Part shown: positions 23,395-33,832 of the stretch, one piece after another
How the letters are laid out: each line of letters starts with the position of its first letter
How positions within the stretch are numbered: the stretch's first letter is position 1
Assembly: GCA_039591075.1 (NCBI GenBank)
Contig: JBDHEI010000008.1
Coordinates: 15,984 to 79,983, forward strand
Reading direction: 5' to 3'
DNA length: 64,000 bases
Origin: Gemmatimonadota bacterium
GTDB taxonomy: Bacteria > Gemmatimonadota > Gemmatimonadetes > Gemmatimonadales > GWC2-71-9
Made by a program: the position numbers and the translations under genes
Notes under the pieces: model-generated
Seen by the model: only the letters and a program-made list of their open reading frames with translations
The model's database searches: none
What the model was told of the DNA's origin: nothing

Positions 23395-24810
23395 CTACTC
23401 GAGGGTGAAGTAATTCGGTAGCGGGTCGACGTACCCGGCGGGCACGTACTCGCCGCTCGATCCGTGAAGCCGGTAGTCCGCTCGGTAGTCCCCGCCGGCC
23501 ACTCGCTGCAACATCTCGATCAGGTGATCGACATCAGTGGTGGTGTTGTAGCACCCGAAACTCGCCCGCACCAAACCCGGCATGTCCGACTTGTCACCGG
23601 CGAGCACCTTGTCCTTCCACGCCTCCCGCTCCCGTTCGGGCAGTTGCAGCAGGTGCACGACGTACGGATGGGCGCAGAAGCACCCCGACCGCACGCCGAT
23701 TCCACCCTCGTAGCCAAGCACCGCGGCCACGAGATAGTGTGAGACCCCGTCGATGTTGAAGGGAATGGCGCCGACGCGTTGTGCCGCCCGTTTCGGGTCC
23801 GTGTCACCGTACAGACGAATCTTCGGTACCGTCCGGAGGCCTTCGAGCGCATAGGCGGTAAGCTCCGCTTCGTGCGCCGCTACCCTATCCATCCCTATCT
23901 CCATCAGTACCTGCGCCGCCTTGGCCATGGCGACGGCGCCAATCACATTTGGGCTTCCGGCCTCGTCCCGGTCAGGCATGCCGGCCCAGTGCACCTCGTC
24001 GAGCGTCACGACGTCCACGGTCCCCCCGCCCGGGTATTCCGGCGCCGACCGCAGGAAGAACTCTTTCGGTCCGACGAGCGCGCCCGTCCCGTACGGTGCG
24101 TACATCTTGTGTCCGGCGAGCACCACGAAATCCAGATGCTCGGGATCGTCGTCCGTCTTCATGTCGACCGCCCGATGCGGTGCGTACTGGGCGGCGTCCA
24201 CCATGATCAGCGTTCTCGCCGCGTGCGCCTTGCGGGCCAGCCGGTGCACCGGCTGAATGAGCCCGGTCACGTTCGACGCGGCGGTCACGGTCACGATCGC
24301 CACTCGACCTGCGTACCGCTCGAGCTGCCGATCGAAGTCGTCCTCGTCAAGCCGGCCATCGGGTGTGGCCTGTACGTGCACCACGGTGGCGCGGTTCCGC
24401 CACGGGAGGTCGTTCGAGTGGTGCTCCATGACGGTGCTGAGCACCACCGAGTCGTCCCGGAGGGAAATGCGGTAGGACAGTTTGTTGATGGCTTCGGTGG
24501 TGTTCTTTCCGAAGATGACGGTATTCGTCGCAGGGTCAGCCCCGACGAAGCGCGCCAGGATCTCGTGTGCCTGATCGTACACCATGGTGCTGAGTCGCGA
24601 CTTGAACCCCGAACCGCGGTGCACGCTGGAGTAGTACGGCAGAAAGCGCTCGACGGTCTCGACCACGTCGCGGAGCGGCGGCGTGGTGGCCGCATTGTCG
24701 AGGTTGATGTACGGCATGAGCCGGCCATCGAGCACCGGGACCTTGCGATCGAGCCCAAGCACGCGGTCGCGAAGGCCAGCCGAGTGGGTTGCCGTACCCG
24801 CCGTGTTCAT
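23395..24810 (-). CDS. Class V PLP enzyme, cysteine desulfurase/selenocysteine lyase-like
   Basis: LDNAATT, EHHSN, DAAQ, AGHKMYAPYG, VRSGCFCAHP; ATGA-coupled to the FDH gene. Confidence 0.9.
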   Translation of the reverse strand: MNTAGTATHSAGLRDRVLGLDRKVPVLDGRLMPYINLDNAATTPPLRDVVETVERFLPYYSSVHRGSGFKSRLSTMVYDQAHEILARFVGADPATNTVIFGKNTTEAINKLSYRISLRDDSVVLSTVMEHHSNDLPWRNRATVVHVQATPDGRLDEDDFDRQLERYAGRVAIVTVTAASNVTGLIQPVHRLARKAHAARTLIMVDAAQYAPHRAVDMKTDDDPEHLDFVVLAGHKMYAPYGTGALVGPKEFFLRSAPEYPGGGTVDVVTLDEVHWAGMPDRDEAGSPNVIGAVAMAKAAQVLMEIGMDRVAAHEAELTAYALEGLRTVPKIRLYGDTDPKRAAQRVGAIPFNIDGVSHYLVAAVLGYEGGIGVRSGCFCAHPYVVHLLQLPEREREAWKDKVLAGDKSDMPGLVRASFGCYNTTTDVDHLIEMLQRVAGGDYRADYRLHGSSGEYVPAGYVDPLPNYFTLE

Positions 24811-27554
24811 GCCACGCCCTGCCTCGCCGACGGTGCCTCGGCCGGTTCCACCCGCACGGGGCAGACCTTGAGTTCCGCCGTCTGGGTGACGGGATCGTAC
24901 CCCCCGCCAGTCAGGATGTTGACCGGTACGTCGTTGAAGCTGAAGCTCGCGAACACGGTGCCTCTCGGTGAGCGACGCGTCTCCTTCACCTTGATCACCA
25001 CGCAACCGCGCCGACTGTGCATGCGGGCCCAGCCGCCGTCGTGGAGCCCCCATGCCGCGACGTCGTGCGGATGGATCTCGAGACTCTCCTCGGACAGGAA
25101 GTAGTCGATCCCCTCCGACCGTCCGGTCTGTGTGCGCGTGTGGTATGACTGGAGCCGTCGGCCGGTGGTGAGCCACACCGGGTACTCGTCATCGATCGTT
25201 TCGGCGGGATCTCGGTACGAGATCAGGTGGAAGATCCCGCGACCGTTGACGAACGTGCCTTGGTGCAGGATGGGTGTGCCCGGGTGCCCGGGTTCGGGAA
25301 CCGGCCACTGATACTCGCCGTGCGCGATGCGGTCCCAGTCCAGTCCGGCGTAGGTGACAGACAGGCTGCACAGCTCGTTGAACACGCCCTTGGCGTCCGT
25401 GAATTCGAAGCCCTGGAATCCGAGTCGCCGCGCCAGCTGACTGATGATCCACCAGTCCGGCTTGGCGTCTCCCGGTGGCGGGACGGCCGCGCGCAACCGC
25501 TGAACTCGGCGTTCCGTGTTGGTCTGCGAGCCATCGGTCTCCCCCCACGCCGCCGCCGGCAGCACAACGTCCGCAAGCTCCGCGGTCTCGGTGAGGAAGA
25601 TGTCGATCACCACCAGATGATCGAGGCTCTTCAGCGCGTGCTCGCAGTGGTGGCGGTCGGGGTCTGAGACGACCGTGTTTTCCCCGTCGATGAGCATGGC
25701 CCGGATCTGGTCACCGGCCATTTCGAGTGCCGTGACCTTCGTGATGCCCTTTTCGAGATCGACCGTGCGGCCGTAGGCCTGCCGAAATTTCTCCTGGTTC
25801 TTCGGGTCCGTGACCGGCTGGAAGCCGGGATAGTTGTTGGGAATCGCGCCCGTGTCGCCGGCGCCCTGAATGTTGTTCTGGCCCCGCATCGGGTTGATGC
25901 CCGTCCCCTCCCGGCCGATGTTGCCGGTCATGAGGGCGAGGTTACACAGACTCTGGACGTTCTCGACCCCACAGATGTGCTCCGTGATGCCGAGCGTGTA
26001 GTAGATGGCTCCCCGATCGGCCTTTCCATACAAGAGTGCCGCCCTCTCGATGTCCTCGGCGGGCACCTCGGTGATCTCTGCGGCCCACTCCGGCGGGAAC
26101 TGCTTCACGTGCTCGAGGAACTTCTCACCCTCGACCGTGCGATCGCCGATGAACTGTTCGTTGACCAGCCCCTCGCGGTCGATCACGTGTGCCATAGCGA
26201 GCAGCAGCGCCGAATCCGAGCCCACCCTGATCGGGAGATAGATGTCGGCCAGGTCCGCCAGCCCGATGTGACGGGGGTCGGCCACGATCATCTTGGCTCC
26301 CCGCGCGAGCGCGCGCTTGAGACGCGTCGCGGCGACGGGGTGGCACTCCGTCATATTGGTGCCGATGCAGAAGATCACGTCGGGCTTCTCCATGTCGGCT
26401 AGCGGGTTCGACATGGCGCCGCGTCCGATCGAGGCCGCCAGACCGGCGACCGTGGGAGCGTGTCAGGCCCGGCTACAGTTGTCGACGTGGTTGGTGCCGA
26501 GTCCCGCCCGCACGAACTTCTGCATGAGATAGCCGGCCTCGTTCGGTGCACGACCCGAGGCGACCGCGTAGACACTGTGGCGACCGTGCTCGTCGACGAC
26601 CTTGCGAAAACCTTCGGCGGCCCGGTCGAGTGCCGTATCCCAGTCGGTCGGCTGCAACTCGCCGTCCGCTCCGCGCACCAGCGGCGTCGCCAGCCGGTCG
26701 GGGTGCTGCACGAAGTCCCACGCGTACTGGCCCTTCACACAAAGCGCGCCGAGGTTGGCCGGGCCGTCCATGGCCGGGAGCACGCCCACCATGGTGCTGT
26801 CCTTCGTCAGGATGTCGACCGAACACCCGACGCCGCAGTACGGACAGATGGTCCTGGTCTGCTTCGTCTCGCTGGGCAGGTGCGCAAATCGCATGGCCTT
26901 CCGGTCGGCCAGCGCACCGGTGGGACACGTCTGCACGCACTGACCGCAGAAGGTGCAGGCCGAGTGCTTGAGCAATCCTTCGAACTCAGTCGTGATCTGC
27001 GTGTGGAACCCGCGGCTCATCACGCTGATGGCGTGGTCGCCCTCCTGTTCGGCGCAGACGCGCACGCATCGGTAGCAGGAGATGCAGAGATCGTAATCGC
27101 GGAGAATGAATGGGTTGTCGTCGTCGGGCCGGCTCGCTCCCGACTGCGCGCCGGCAAAGCGGCCGGTGCGGGCGTCGTAGCGGTCCAGGAGGGTGGACAG
27201 CTCCTGCGACGCATAGCCTCGCAGCGGATCGACGTCGATTTCCCGATTCTCCGACGCCACCATCTCCAGCAACGTGCGCCGGTGCTTCTCGACGCTGGCG
27301 GTGCTCGTGCGGATCACCATGCCCTGCGTGGCCCTCGTGGTGCAGGACGCCACCGGAAGCCGGGAGCCCTCCACCTCGACGGCGCACAGGCGGCAGCCAC
27401 CGAACGGCTCGAGGCGCTCGTCGTAGCAGAGGGTGGGGATCCGCTTGCGATGCCGCGTGGCGACTTCGTAGATGGTCTCGCCGGGGGTGAACGAAACTTC
27501 CTTCCCGTCGAGCGTCAGCGACTCGAGCTTGGCGTCAGTCGGATTGGCGATCAT
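24807..27554 (-). CDS. fdhF: Selenocysteine-containing formate dehydrogenase alpha subunit with N-terminal Fe-S domains
   Basis: Two track ORFs are in frame across TGA 26463-26465, giving DNCSRA-U-HAPTVAGL. Also CPYCGVGC, RGQNNIQG and a C-terminal molybdopterin-binding domain. Confidence 0.95.
26433..26451 (-). promoter_or_regulatory. Bacterial SECIS hairpin
   Basis: GGTCGCC-GGTCT-GGCGGCC starts 11 nt after the UGA, like the E. coli fdhF SECIS. Confidence 0.85.
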
Positions 27555-29257
27555 CGGTCACCTCGTGCGTCGTGGCCGGTGCGCTCGACATGCCGCGCCA
27601 CGTCCTTCGGGAAGTACTTGAGCAGGCTCTCGGTGATGAGCGGTGCCGCGAGGCCGAGCCCGCAGGCGCTCATCGCCTTCATCGTCTGTCCGAGGTCGGC
27701 CACCTCGTCGATCCACGCCGAGAGGTCAGTGGGTCCCGCCTCTCCGGCGAGCCGCTCCGTGATGCGTTGGGTGCCGATCCGGCACGGGAAGCATTTGCCG
27801 CACGACTCGTGCGCGAAGAACGCCATCGCGTCTCGTGCGACCGCGATCATGTCATGACGGTCGTCGAACACCATGATCCCGCCCGCGCCCAGGAACGAGC
27901 CCTTGCTGCGGATGCTCGGCTCGTCGAGGGTGACGTCGAGATCCGTGCCGGCCAGGAACCCACCCGAAAGTCCCGCCATGGTGACGGCCTGAATCGTTCG
28001 TCCGGCCTCGGGACCCCCCGCCCATTCGTGTAGCAGGGTCTCGAGTGGTAGCCCCAGCGGAACCTCGTAGTTCCCCGGTCGCCGGATGTCGCCCGACAGG
28101 CTGATCACCTTGGTCCCGGCCTGCCCGTTCATGCCGAGTCCGCGATACCATTCGGCGCCGCGGCGCACGATTGCCGTGACCGCCGCGAGCGTCTCGACGT
28201 TGTTCACCACCGTCGGCAGGTTCTCGTATCCGTGCGTGACCGGGTACGGGGGGCGGTTGCGCGGGAAGGGATGCTTCCCCTCCAGGCTGTTGAGCAGCGA
28301 GCCCTCCTCGCCGCAGATGTAGGCGCCGGCACCGCGCCGAAGGTACAGCCGGAAGGTGAAGTCGGTACCCGACACGTTGTCGCCGAGGAGGGCGGCGGCT
28401 TCGGCGTCGGCAATGGCCCGCTCGAGGATGCCAAACGCATCGGGGTACTCGTATCGCAGGTAGATGAATCCGCGCGTCGCGCCGGTGGCGTAGGCGGCCA
28501 AGGCCATCCCCTCGATTACCGCGTGCGGGTCGTGATCCAACAGCGCGCGATCCTTGAAGCAGCCCGGCTCGCCCTCGTCGGCGTTGCAGACGATCGACTT
28601 GGGTGCCCCGGGGGCGTCGGCCACCGCGGTCCACTTGGTGCCGGTGGGGAATCCCGCGCCGCCGCGGCCCGCCAGCTTGCTGTCGGTGATGGCGGCGAGT
28701 ACCTCGGCGGGTGCGCCGGATCGCACCACGCGCTCGAGCGCTTCGTACCCGCCGGTGCGCCGATAGCCCTGGAGCGTCGCGCGCCCCGGTTCCCGGATGT
28801 GGGCGAACACGCATTCCTCGGTCCCGCCGGGGTTGGGAACGGGGATCGGCGAGGGCTTCGTCGCAAGCGATTCAGGGGTCGTGCCGACGAGCAGCTCCCC
28901 ACCGCGCAGCACCGGAACGGGCTCGTCGCAGCGACCCGCGCACGGCATGGGCCGCGCCCCGGTCTCACGGAGCGCCTCCAGCAGCTCCAACCCGCCACGG
29001 TGCGCGCACACGGGTCCGGTGCACACTCTGGGCGCCCCGTATCCCTGTGGCTCCCTGGCGAAGTGGTGGTAGAAGGTCACATCGCCGAACAGCTCCGCGA
29101 TCGGAATCCTGAGCGCGCCGGCGATTTCCCGCAGCGCCTCCTCCGAGAGGTACCCATCGCGCTCGTGGAACGCATGGAGCAACGGCAAGAGCGGGGCCGG
29201 CTCGGTGCGGCACTGCTCGATCAACTGGTGATTGGTGGGGATCGCGGTGACCGTCAT
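27551..29257 (-). CDS. NuoE/NuoF-like fused diaphorase subunit of NAD-linked FDH
   Basis: VTFYHHF, CTGPVC, CAGRC, GRGGAGFPTG, NADEGEPG, GAGAYICGEE, ESCGKCFPCR, SACGLG. Confidence 0.92.
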   Translation of the reverse strand: MTVTAIPTNHQLIEQCRTEPAPLLPLLHAFHERDGYLSEEALREIAGALRIPIAELFGDVTFYHHFAREPQGYGAPRVCTGPVCAHRGGLELLEALRETGARPMPCAGRCDEPVPVLRGGELLVGTTPESLATKPSPIPVPNPGGTEECVFAHIREPGRATLQGYRRTGGYEALERVVRSGAPAEVLAAITDSKLAGRGGAGFPTGTKWTAVADAPGAPKSIVCNADEGEPGCFKDRALLDHDPHAVIEGMALAAYATGATRGFIYLRYEYPDAFGILERAIADAEAAALLGDNVSGTDFTFRLYLRRGAGAYICGEEGSLLNSLEGKHPFPRNRPPYPVTHGYENLPTVVNNVETLAAVTAIVRRGAEWYRGLGMNGQAGTKVISLSGDIRRPGNYEVPLGLPLETLLHEWAGGPEAGRTIQAVTMAGLSGGFLAGTDLDVTLDEPSIRSKGSFLGAGGIMVFDDRHDMIAVARDAMAFFAHESCGKCFPCRIGTQRITERLAGEAGPTDLSAWIDEVADLGQTMKAMSACGLGLAAPLITESLLKYFPKDVARHVERTGHDARGDR

Positions 29258-29305
29258 ATCCAATTTGGAAACTAGCGATTCCGCGGAGCGGGGCAACGCG
29301 GTCGG

Positions 29306-30106
29306 TCACTCGGCAAGGTGCCCGTGGCCGGCATACACGTTGTAGCTCCGGTCGCGCGAGAACCCAACCAGGAGCATGTCCAGGCCGTCTGCCAGCTCCA
29401 CGGCCAGCGACGACGGGGCGGAGACCCCGACCACACCACCGATTCCGGCCACGGCGGCCTTCTGGACGATCTCGAAACTTTGGCGCCCGGAGACGACCAG
29501 CAGGGTGGGAGGGAGCGGCCAGTGCGCCACGGCGGCCGCCCCAATCGCCTTATCCACGGCATTGTGCCGCCCCACGTCCTCATGGACCACGAGTGCCCGT
29601 CCCTCGAGGTCGAACAGTCCGGCGGCATGCAATCCACCGGTCGCGTCGAAGGTCGGCTGCTGCGCGCGGAGCTCCGCGGTGAGACCGGGAAGCACCTCGC
29701 GTCGCACCGTAAAGGGCTTTGCCGGTCGGGCGAAGATCTGAACGGCCTCGATCGCCGCCTTGCCGCACACCCCACACGAGCTGGACATGAACAGGTTTCG
29801 CTGAAAGCGGCTTGGGTCCACGTCGATGCCCTCTCGAAGCCGAACGTCGATGCGGGAGTCGTCCAGGCGCTCGAGCGTCGCGATCTCGTTGGGGGCCAGC
29901 AGGATGCCTTCGGTGAGGAGAAAACCGGTCACCAGGTGGTCGTCGTCGCCGGGTGTCCGCATGACGACCGCCAGTGCGGTACCCGACAGCCGTACCTCCA
30001 GCGGTTCCTCGAGCGCAACCCGATCGGTCTTCTGCGCCACACTCCCCTCATGGTGGCGCTCCACCGCGATCTCGCGCACCCGGTCCGACACGTGGTGATC
30101 AGTCAT
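29306..30106 (-). CDS. fdhD: Formate dehydrogenase accessory sulfurtransferase
   Basis: EEPL, MRTPG, SSCGVCG, TGGLHAA, EDVGRHNAVDK, SAPSSLA. Confidence 0.96.
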   Translation of the reverse strand: MTDHHVSDRVREIAVERHHEGSVAQKTDRVALEEPLEVRLSGTALAVVMRTPGDDDHLVTGFLLTEGILLAPNEIATLERLDDSRIDVRLREGIDVDPSRFQRNLFMSSSCGVCGKAAIEAVQIFARPAKPFTVRREVLPGLTAELRAQQPTFDATGGLHAAGLFDLEGRALVVHEDVGRHNAVDKAIGAAAVAHWPLPPTLLVVSGRQSFEIVQKAAVAGIGGVVGVSAPSSLAVELADGLDMLLVGFSRDRSYNVYAGHGHLAE

Positions 30107-30236
30107 GGTGGTGCATAGTGCCGGGCTCGTGACGGCGGGTCAAGCGCTTGGCCGGCCTCCGCGGGCTGGGCTACATTGCGGGCTGGCGAGCACACGGCGC
30201 CCCGCCGTGTGCGACTGTACCGCCGGAGGACCTGCC

Positions 30237-30821
30237 ATGGCCGCCACCCCATCGACGATGCTTCCCCTCGGGACCGAGCTGCCCGACTTCTCCCTGCGCA
30301 ACGCCGTGGACGGACGCCGCGTCACGCCGGCCGACTATCACGGCTCGGTGGCCCTCGTGGTCATGTTCATCTGCAACCACTGCCCGTTCGTGAAGCACGT
30401 GATGAAAGAGCTCGGTCGGCTCACGCGGGAGTACCTGCCCAAGGGCGCGGCGTTCGTGGCCATCAACTCCAACGACGTGCAGGCCCATCCCGACGACAGT
30501 CCGGAGCACATGCAGGAATTGGCGGTGACGGAGGACTGGATCTTCCCGTTCCTGTACGACGGATCGCAGGAGGTGGCCAAGGCGTTCCGCGCCGCGTGCA
30601 CGCCGGACTTCTTCGTGTTCGACGAGGAGCGAACGCTCGTCTACCGCGGTCAACTCGACGACAGCCGTCCCGGGAACGACGTGCCGGTGACCGGCAGGGA
30701 TCTGCGTGCCGCGCTCGACGCCCTCATCGCCGGAAAGAGCGTTCCCACGGAGCAGCGACCGAGCGTGGGCTGCAACATCAAGTGGATGCCGGGGAACGAG
30801 CCAGACTACTTCGCCCGCTGA
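30237..30821 (+). CDS. Thioredoxin-like AhpC/TSA family protein
   Basis: FICNHCPFV, ACTPDFF, YRGQLDDSRP, SVGCNIKW. Confidence 0.92.
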   Translation: MAATPSTMLPLGTELPDFSLRNAVDGRRVTPADYHGSVALVVMFICNHCPFVKHVMKELGRLTREYLPKGAAFVAINSNDVQAHPDDSPEHMQELAVTEDWIFPFLYDGSQEVAKAFRAACTPDFFVFDEERTLVYRGQLDDSRPGNDVPVTGRDLRAALDALIAGKSVPTEQRPSVGCNIKWMPGNEPDYFAR

Positions 30822-30832
30822 GGTCCGTCCAC

Positions 30833-32119
30833 CTAGTTCCGCGTCGCCGACAGGAAATCCCACACCAGGTACGCCATGGACGTGATGCCGACGGCAATCG
30901 CGCCGTCGTCGGCTTGAAAGGTCGGCGTGTGGTGATTGCCTGACGACCCCCCAGGGGCGAGCGTGCCCAGTCGGAAGTACAGGCCGGGAATGACGTTGGC
31001 GAAGTACGAGAAATCCTCGGCGACGGTGGCCGGCTGGATGCGCACGACGTTGTCAGCGCCAAGCGCCCGCTCCAGCGACGGAACCATGCGTTCGGTGAGC
31101 GCCACGTCGTTGACCGTGACCGGGATGCCGCGGTCGTAGGTCAGCTCGTAAGTGCCACCCCCGGCGCTCGTCACGCCGGCAAGAATCTCGTGCATGCGGC
31201 GCTCGACCAGGTCCTGCACGTCCGCGCTGTAACTGCGGACGGTGCCCTCCATCCGCACCTCTTCGGGGATGATGTTGAACCGGGTTCCACCCTGGAGGAG
31301 CCCGACCGTCAAGACGCCCGGTTCCATGGGCGACATGTTGCGGGACCGGATGGTTTGGAGGGCCGTCACGGCCTGAGCCGCCATGACGACTGGATCGACC
31401 GCCAGATCGGGTGAGGCGCCGTGGGCACCCTTGCCTTTGATGGTGATCCAGAAGTGGTCGGCGGCGGCGAGCGCCGGCCCAGGCGTGTAGCCAACCTGTC
31501 CCACTTCCATGTTCCAGAACGTGTGCAGCCCGAAGATCGCCGCGGGGCGCGGGGACTTGAGCACGCCCAGCTCGACCATCAGCTCGGCGCCGCCCCGCTC
31601 TCCGGGTGGCGGGCCCTCTTCGGCGGGCTGGAAGATGAACACCACCGTCCCGGGCAACTCGTCGCGCAGCGACGCCAAGACGCCTGCGAGTCCGAGCTGC
31701 ACCGCCATGTGAATGTCGTGCCCACAGGCGTGGGAGACGCCCACGTCCTGTCCGGCATAGGTGGTGTGCTGAGTCGATTTGAACGGGAACGGCGTGGCCT
31801 CGGTGACCGGGAGCGCGTCCATATCGGCGCGGACGGCTACCACGGGTCCGGGACGGCCGCCCCGCAGGATGCCGACGACGCCCGTGTGCGCTACCCCGGT
31901 CCGGACCTCGTCGAAGCCCAGCGAGCGGAGTTGCTCGGCGATCAGCTTGGCGGTTTCGAACTCGCGGTTGCCGAGTTCGGGGTATTGGTGCAGGTGGTGC
32001 CGGATCTCCACCATCCGGGGCGTGACCTCTTGCACCACCCGGTCGATCTGCGCGTATTGAGCGAGCACGCTGCCAGGGACGATGACGAGTGCGACGAGTA
32101 TGGAGGCGAAACGTGACAT
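30833..32119 (-). CDS. M20 family amidohydrolase with signal peptide
   Basis: HQYPEL, RADMDALP, HACGHD, FQPAEE, GAHG, AEDF. Confidence 0.93.
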   Translation of the reverse strand: MSRFASILVALVIVPGSVLAQYAQIDRVVQEVTPRMVEIRHHLHQYPELGNREFETAKLIAEQLRSLGFDEVRTGVAHTGVVGILRGGRPGPVVAVRADMDALPVTEATPFPFKSTQHTTYAGQDVGVSHACGHDIHMAVQLGLAGVLASLRDELPGTVVFIFQPAEEGPPPGERGGAELMVELGVLKSPRPAAIFGLHTFWNMEVGQVGYTPGPALAAADHFWITIKGKGAHGASPDLAVDPVVMAAQAVTALQTIRSRNMSPMEPGVLTVGLLQGGTRFNIIPEEVRMEGTVRSYSADVQDLVERRMHEILAGVTSAGGGTYELTYDRGIPVTVNDVALTERMVPSLERALGADNVVRIQPATVAEDFSYFANVIPGLYFRLGTLAPGGSSGNHHTPTFQADDGAIAVGITSMAYLVWDFLSATRN

Positions 32120-32220
32120 GGTATCGATGGGCGAGAGTCGAAGGTTATGTACGAAGTGCAATACTACCCGTCCGGTCGCCGGTATGGCCAGCGCGGGATG
32201 ACTTCTGGAAGGAGGACCGA

Positions 32221-32688
32221 GTGTTGAAGCGAATCGGAGTGATGATGGTGCTCGCCATGGCGGCCTGCGCGGGAGCGGGCACGACGGCCACCGTCGAAGA
32301 CCTGTTCGAGGCGGACCGCGCGTTTGCAGAGGCGATCGCAGCGCAGGGCGTCGAGGGGTGGGTCTCGTACTTCGCGACGGATGGGATCCAGTTCCGTCAG
32401 GCCCAGCCGGTGATTGGGCACGAGGCGATCCGGGCGTTCATGGGACCGGCGTTTCAGGATCCCAACTTCAGCCTCACGTGGGAGCCCTTGAGCGGTGAGA
32501 TTGCGGCCTCCGGCGACCTGGGCTACACGCGCGGCCGTTACGAGATGCGCGTCACGGCGCCTGACGGCACGATCGGCACCAGTGCCGGGAGCTATGTCAC
32601 CATCTGGCGCCGGGTGGCCGACGGTTCCTGGAGGGTTACGCTGGACATTGGAAACCCGGACCCGCCGCCCGCCCCGGAGGGTGGCTGA
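32221..32688 (+). CDS. NTF2-like / DUF4440 family putative lipoprotein
   Basis: aggagg RBS, AMAAC lipobox-like, SGDLGYT...GSYVTIWRR..DGSW. Confidence 0.85.
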   Translation: MLKRIGVMMVLAMAACAGAGTTATVEDLFEADRAFAEAIAAQGVEGWVSYFATDGIQFRQAQPVIGHEAIRAFMGPAFQDPNFSLTWEPLSGEIAASGDLGYTRGRYEMRVTAPDGTIGTSAGSYVTIWRRVADGSWRVTLDIGNPDPPPAPEGG

Positions 32689-32726
32689 TTCTCTCGAGCT
32701 GGGTCGCTGCGCTGTCACATTGCTGG

Positions 32727-33818
32727 TTGAGTCGCAGGGCAGGACGGCGTTGGCCGGGCATCGTGCTCACGGCCACCGGTGCCGTGATGGTGGCGTTCCC
32801 CGGATCGCTCGCCGCGCAGCTCGTTCGGGGTGAGATCGTCGATGCGCTGAACCGTCGTCCGGTCCCGGCCGCGTTCGTGCTCCTGGTGGATAGTGCGGGC
32901 GCCGAGACCGCACGCACCATGACGGACCCCACGGGCCGCTTCACGCTCCGCGCCGGCCGGCCGGGGACGTTCACGCTGCGCACGCTCGTGGTTGGGTACC
33001 AGCGCTGGGAGTCGGATCCGATCGTCCTGGCGGGAGGGCAGACCGTGGAGCCGCGGATCGAGCTGATGCTCGTGCGGGTGGAGCTGCCCGCGTTCACGGT
33101 GGAGGGCGAGCGCACGTGTCGCGGCCGTCCCGACGAAGGCGCGGCCGCGGCCACGTTGTGGGAGGAGATCCAGACGGCGCTCGCCGCCACCGAGTGGGAG
33201 CAGCACGCACGTCGGTATCGGTTCTGGACGGTCACCGTGGAGCGCACGCTCGATCGGTATGCCGCTCTCATATCTCAGGATGAGCAGGTGGGCGCCGGGT
33301 TCGCCTCGTGGCCGTTCGGGACGCTCGAGCCCGAGCGGCTGATGACGCTGGGGTTCGTGCAGGACGCGCCCGGCGGCCCCATCTACTACGGGCCGGATGC
33401 ACGGGTGCTCGTCTCCGAGGAGTTCCTCGCCGAACACTGTTTTCGGCTGGAGAAGCGTCGCGATGCCGACACGCTGCTCGTCGGCCTCGGGTTCGAGCCG
33501 GTGCGCGGGCGGCGCATCCCGGACATCAAGGGGGTGCTGTGGGTCGACAGCGCCACGGTCGCGCTGCGGCGGCTCGAGTACCGCTACGCGAACCTGCCCC
33601 GTTGGGCCTCGGAGCCGCAGGTGGGTGGCACGGTGGAGTTCGCGCAGCTGCCGGGCGGCGCGTGGTTCATCAGGCGCTGGCGTCTCCGCGCACCGATCCC
33701 TGAGGTGCGGGCGATGCGTGGCGACACGGTGTTGTACGGCTACCGGGAGCGCGCGGGCGACGTGGTGGAGGTGCTGACCAAGACTGGGGAGTCGGTGATC
33801 AGGTTCGAACATCGTTGA
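32727..33818 (+). CDS. Secreted protein with carboxypeptidase-regulatory-like N-terminal domain
   Basis: Signal peptide, VRGEIVD...TDPTGRFTL...GTFTL. Confidence 0.75.
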   Translation: MSRRAGRRWPGIVLTATGAVMVAFPGSLAAQLVRGEIVDALNRRPVPAAFVLLVDSAGAETARTMTDPTGRFTLRAGRPGTFTLRTLVVGYQRWESDPIVLAGGQTVEPRIELMLVRVELPAFTVEGERTCRGRPDEGAAAATLWEEIQTALAATEWEQHARRYRFWTVTVERTLDRYAALISQDEQVGAGFASWPFGTLEPERLMTLGFVQDAPGGPIYYGPDARVLVSEEFLAEHCFRLEKRRDADTLLVGLGFEPVRGRRIPDIKGVLWVDSATVALRRLEYRYANLPRWASEPQVGGTVEFAQLPGGAWFIRRWRLRAPIPEVRAMRGDTVLYGYRERAGDVVEVLTKTGESVIRFEHR

Positions 33819-33832
33819 GGCGTGCGTGCGGC

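Noticed and set aside
26463-26465. Formate dehydrogenase as a split gene or pseudogene
   Set aside because: The TGA is at the Cys/Sec ligand position and is followed by a SECIS hairpin.
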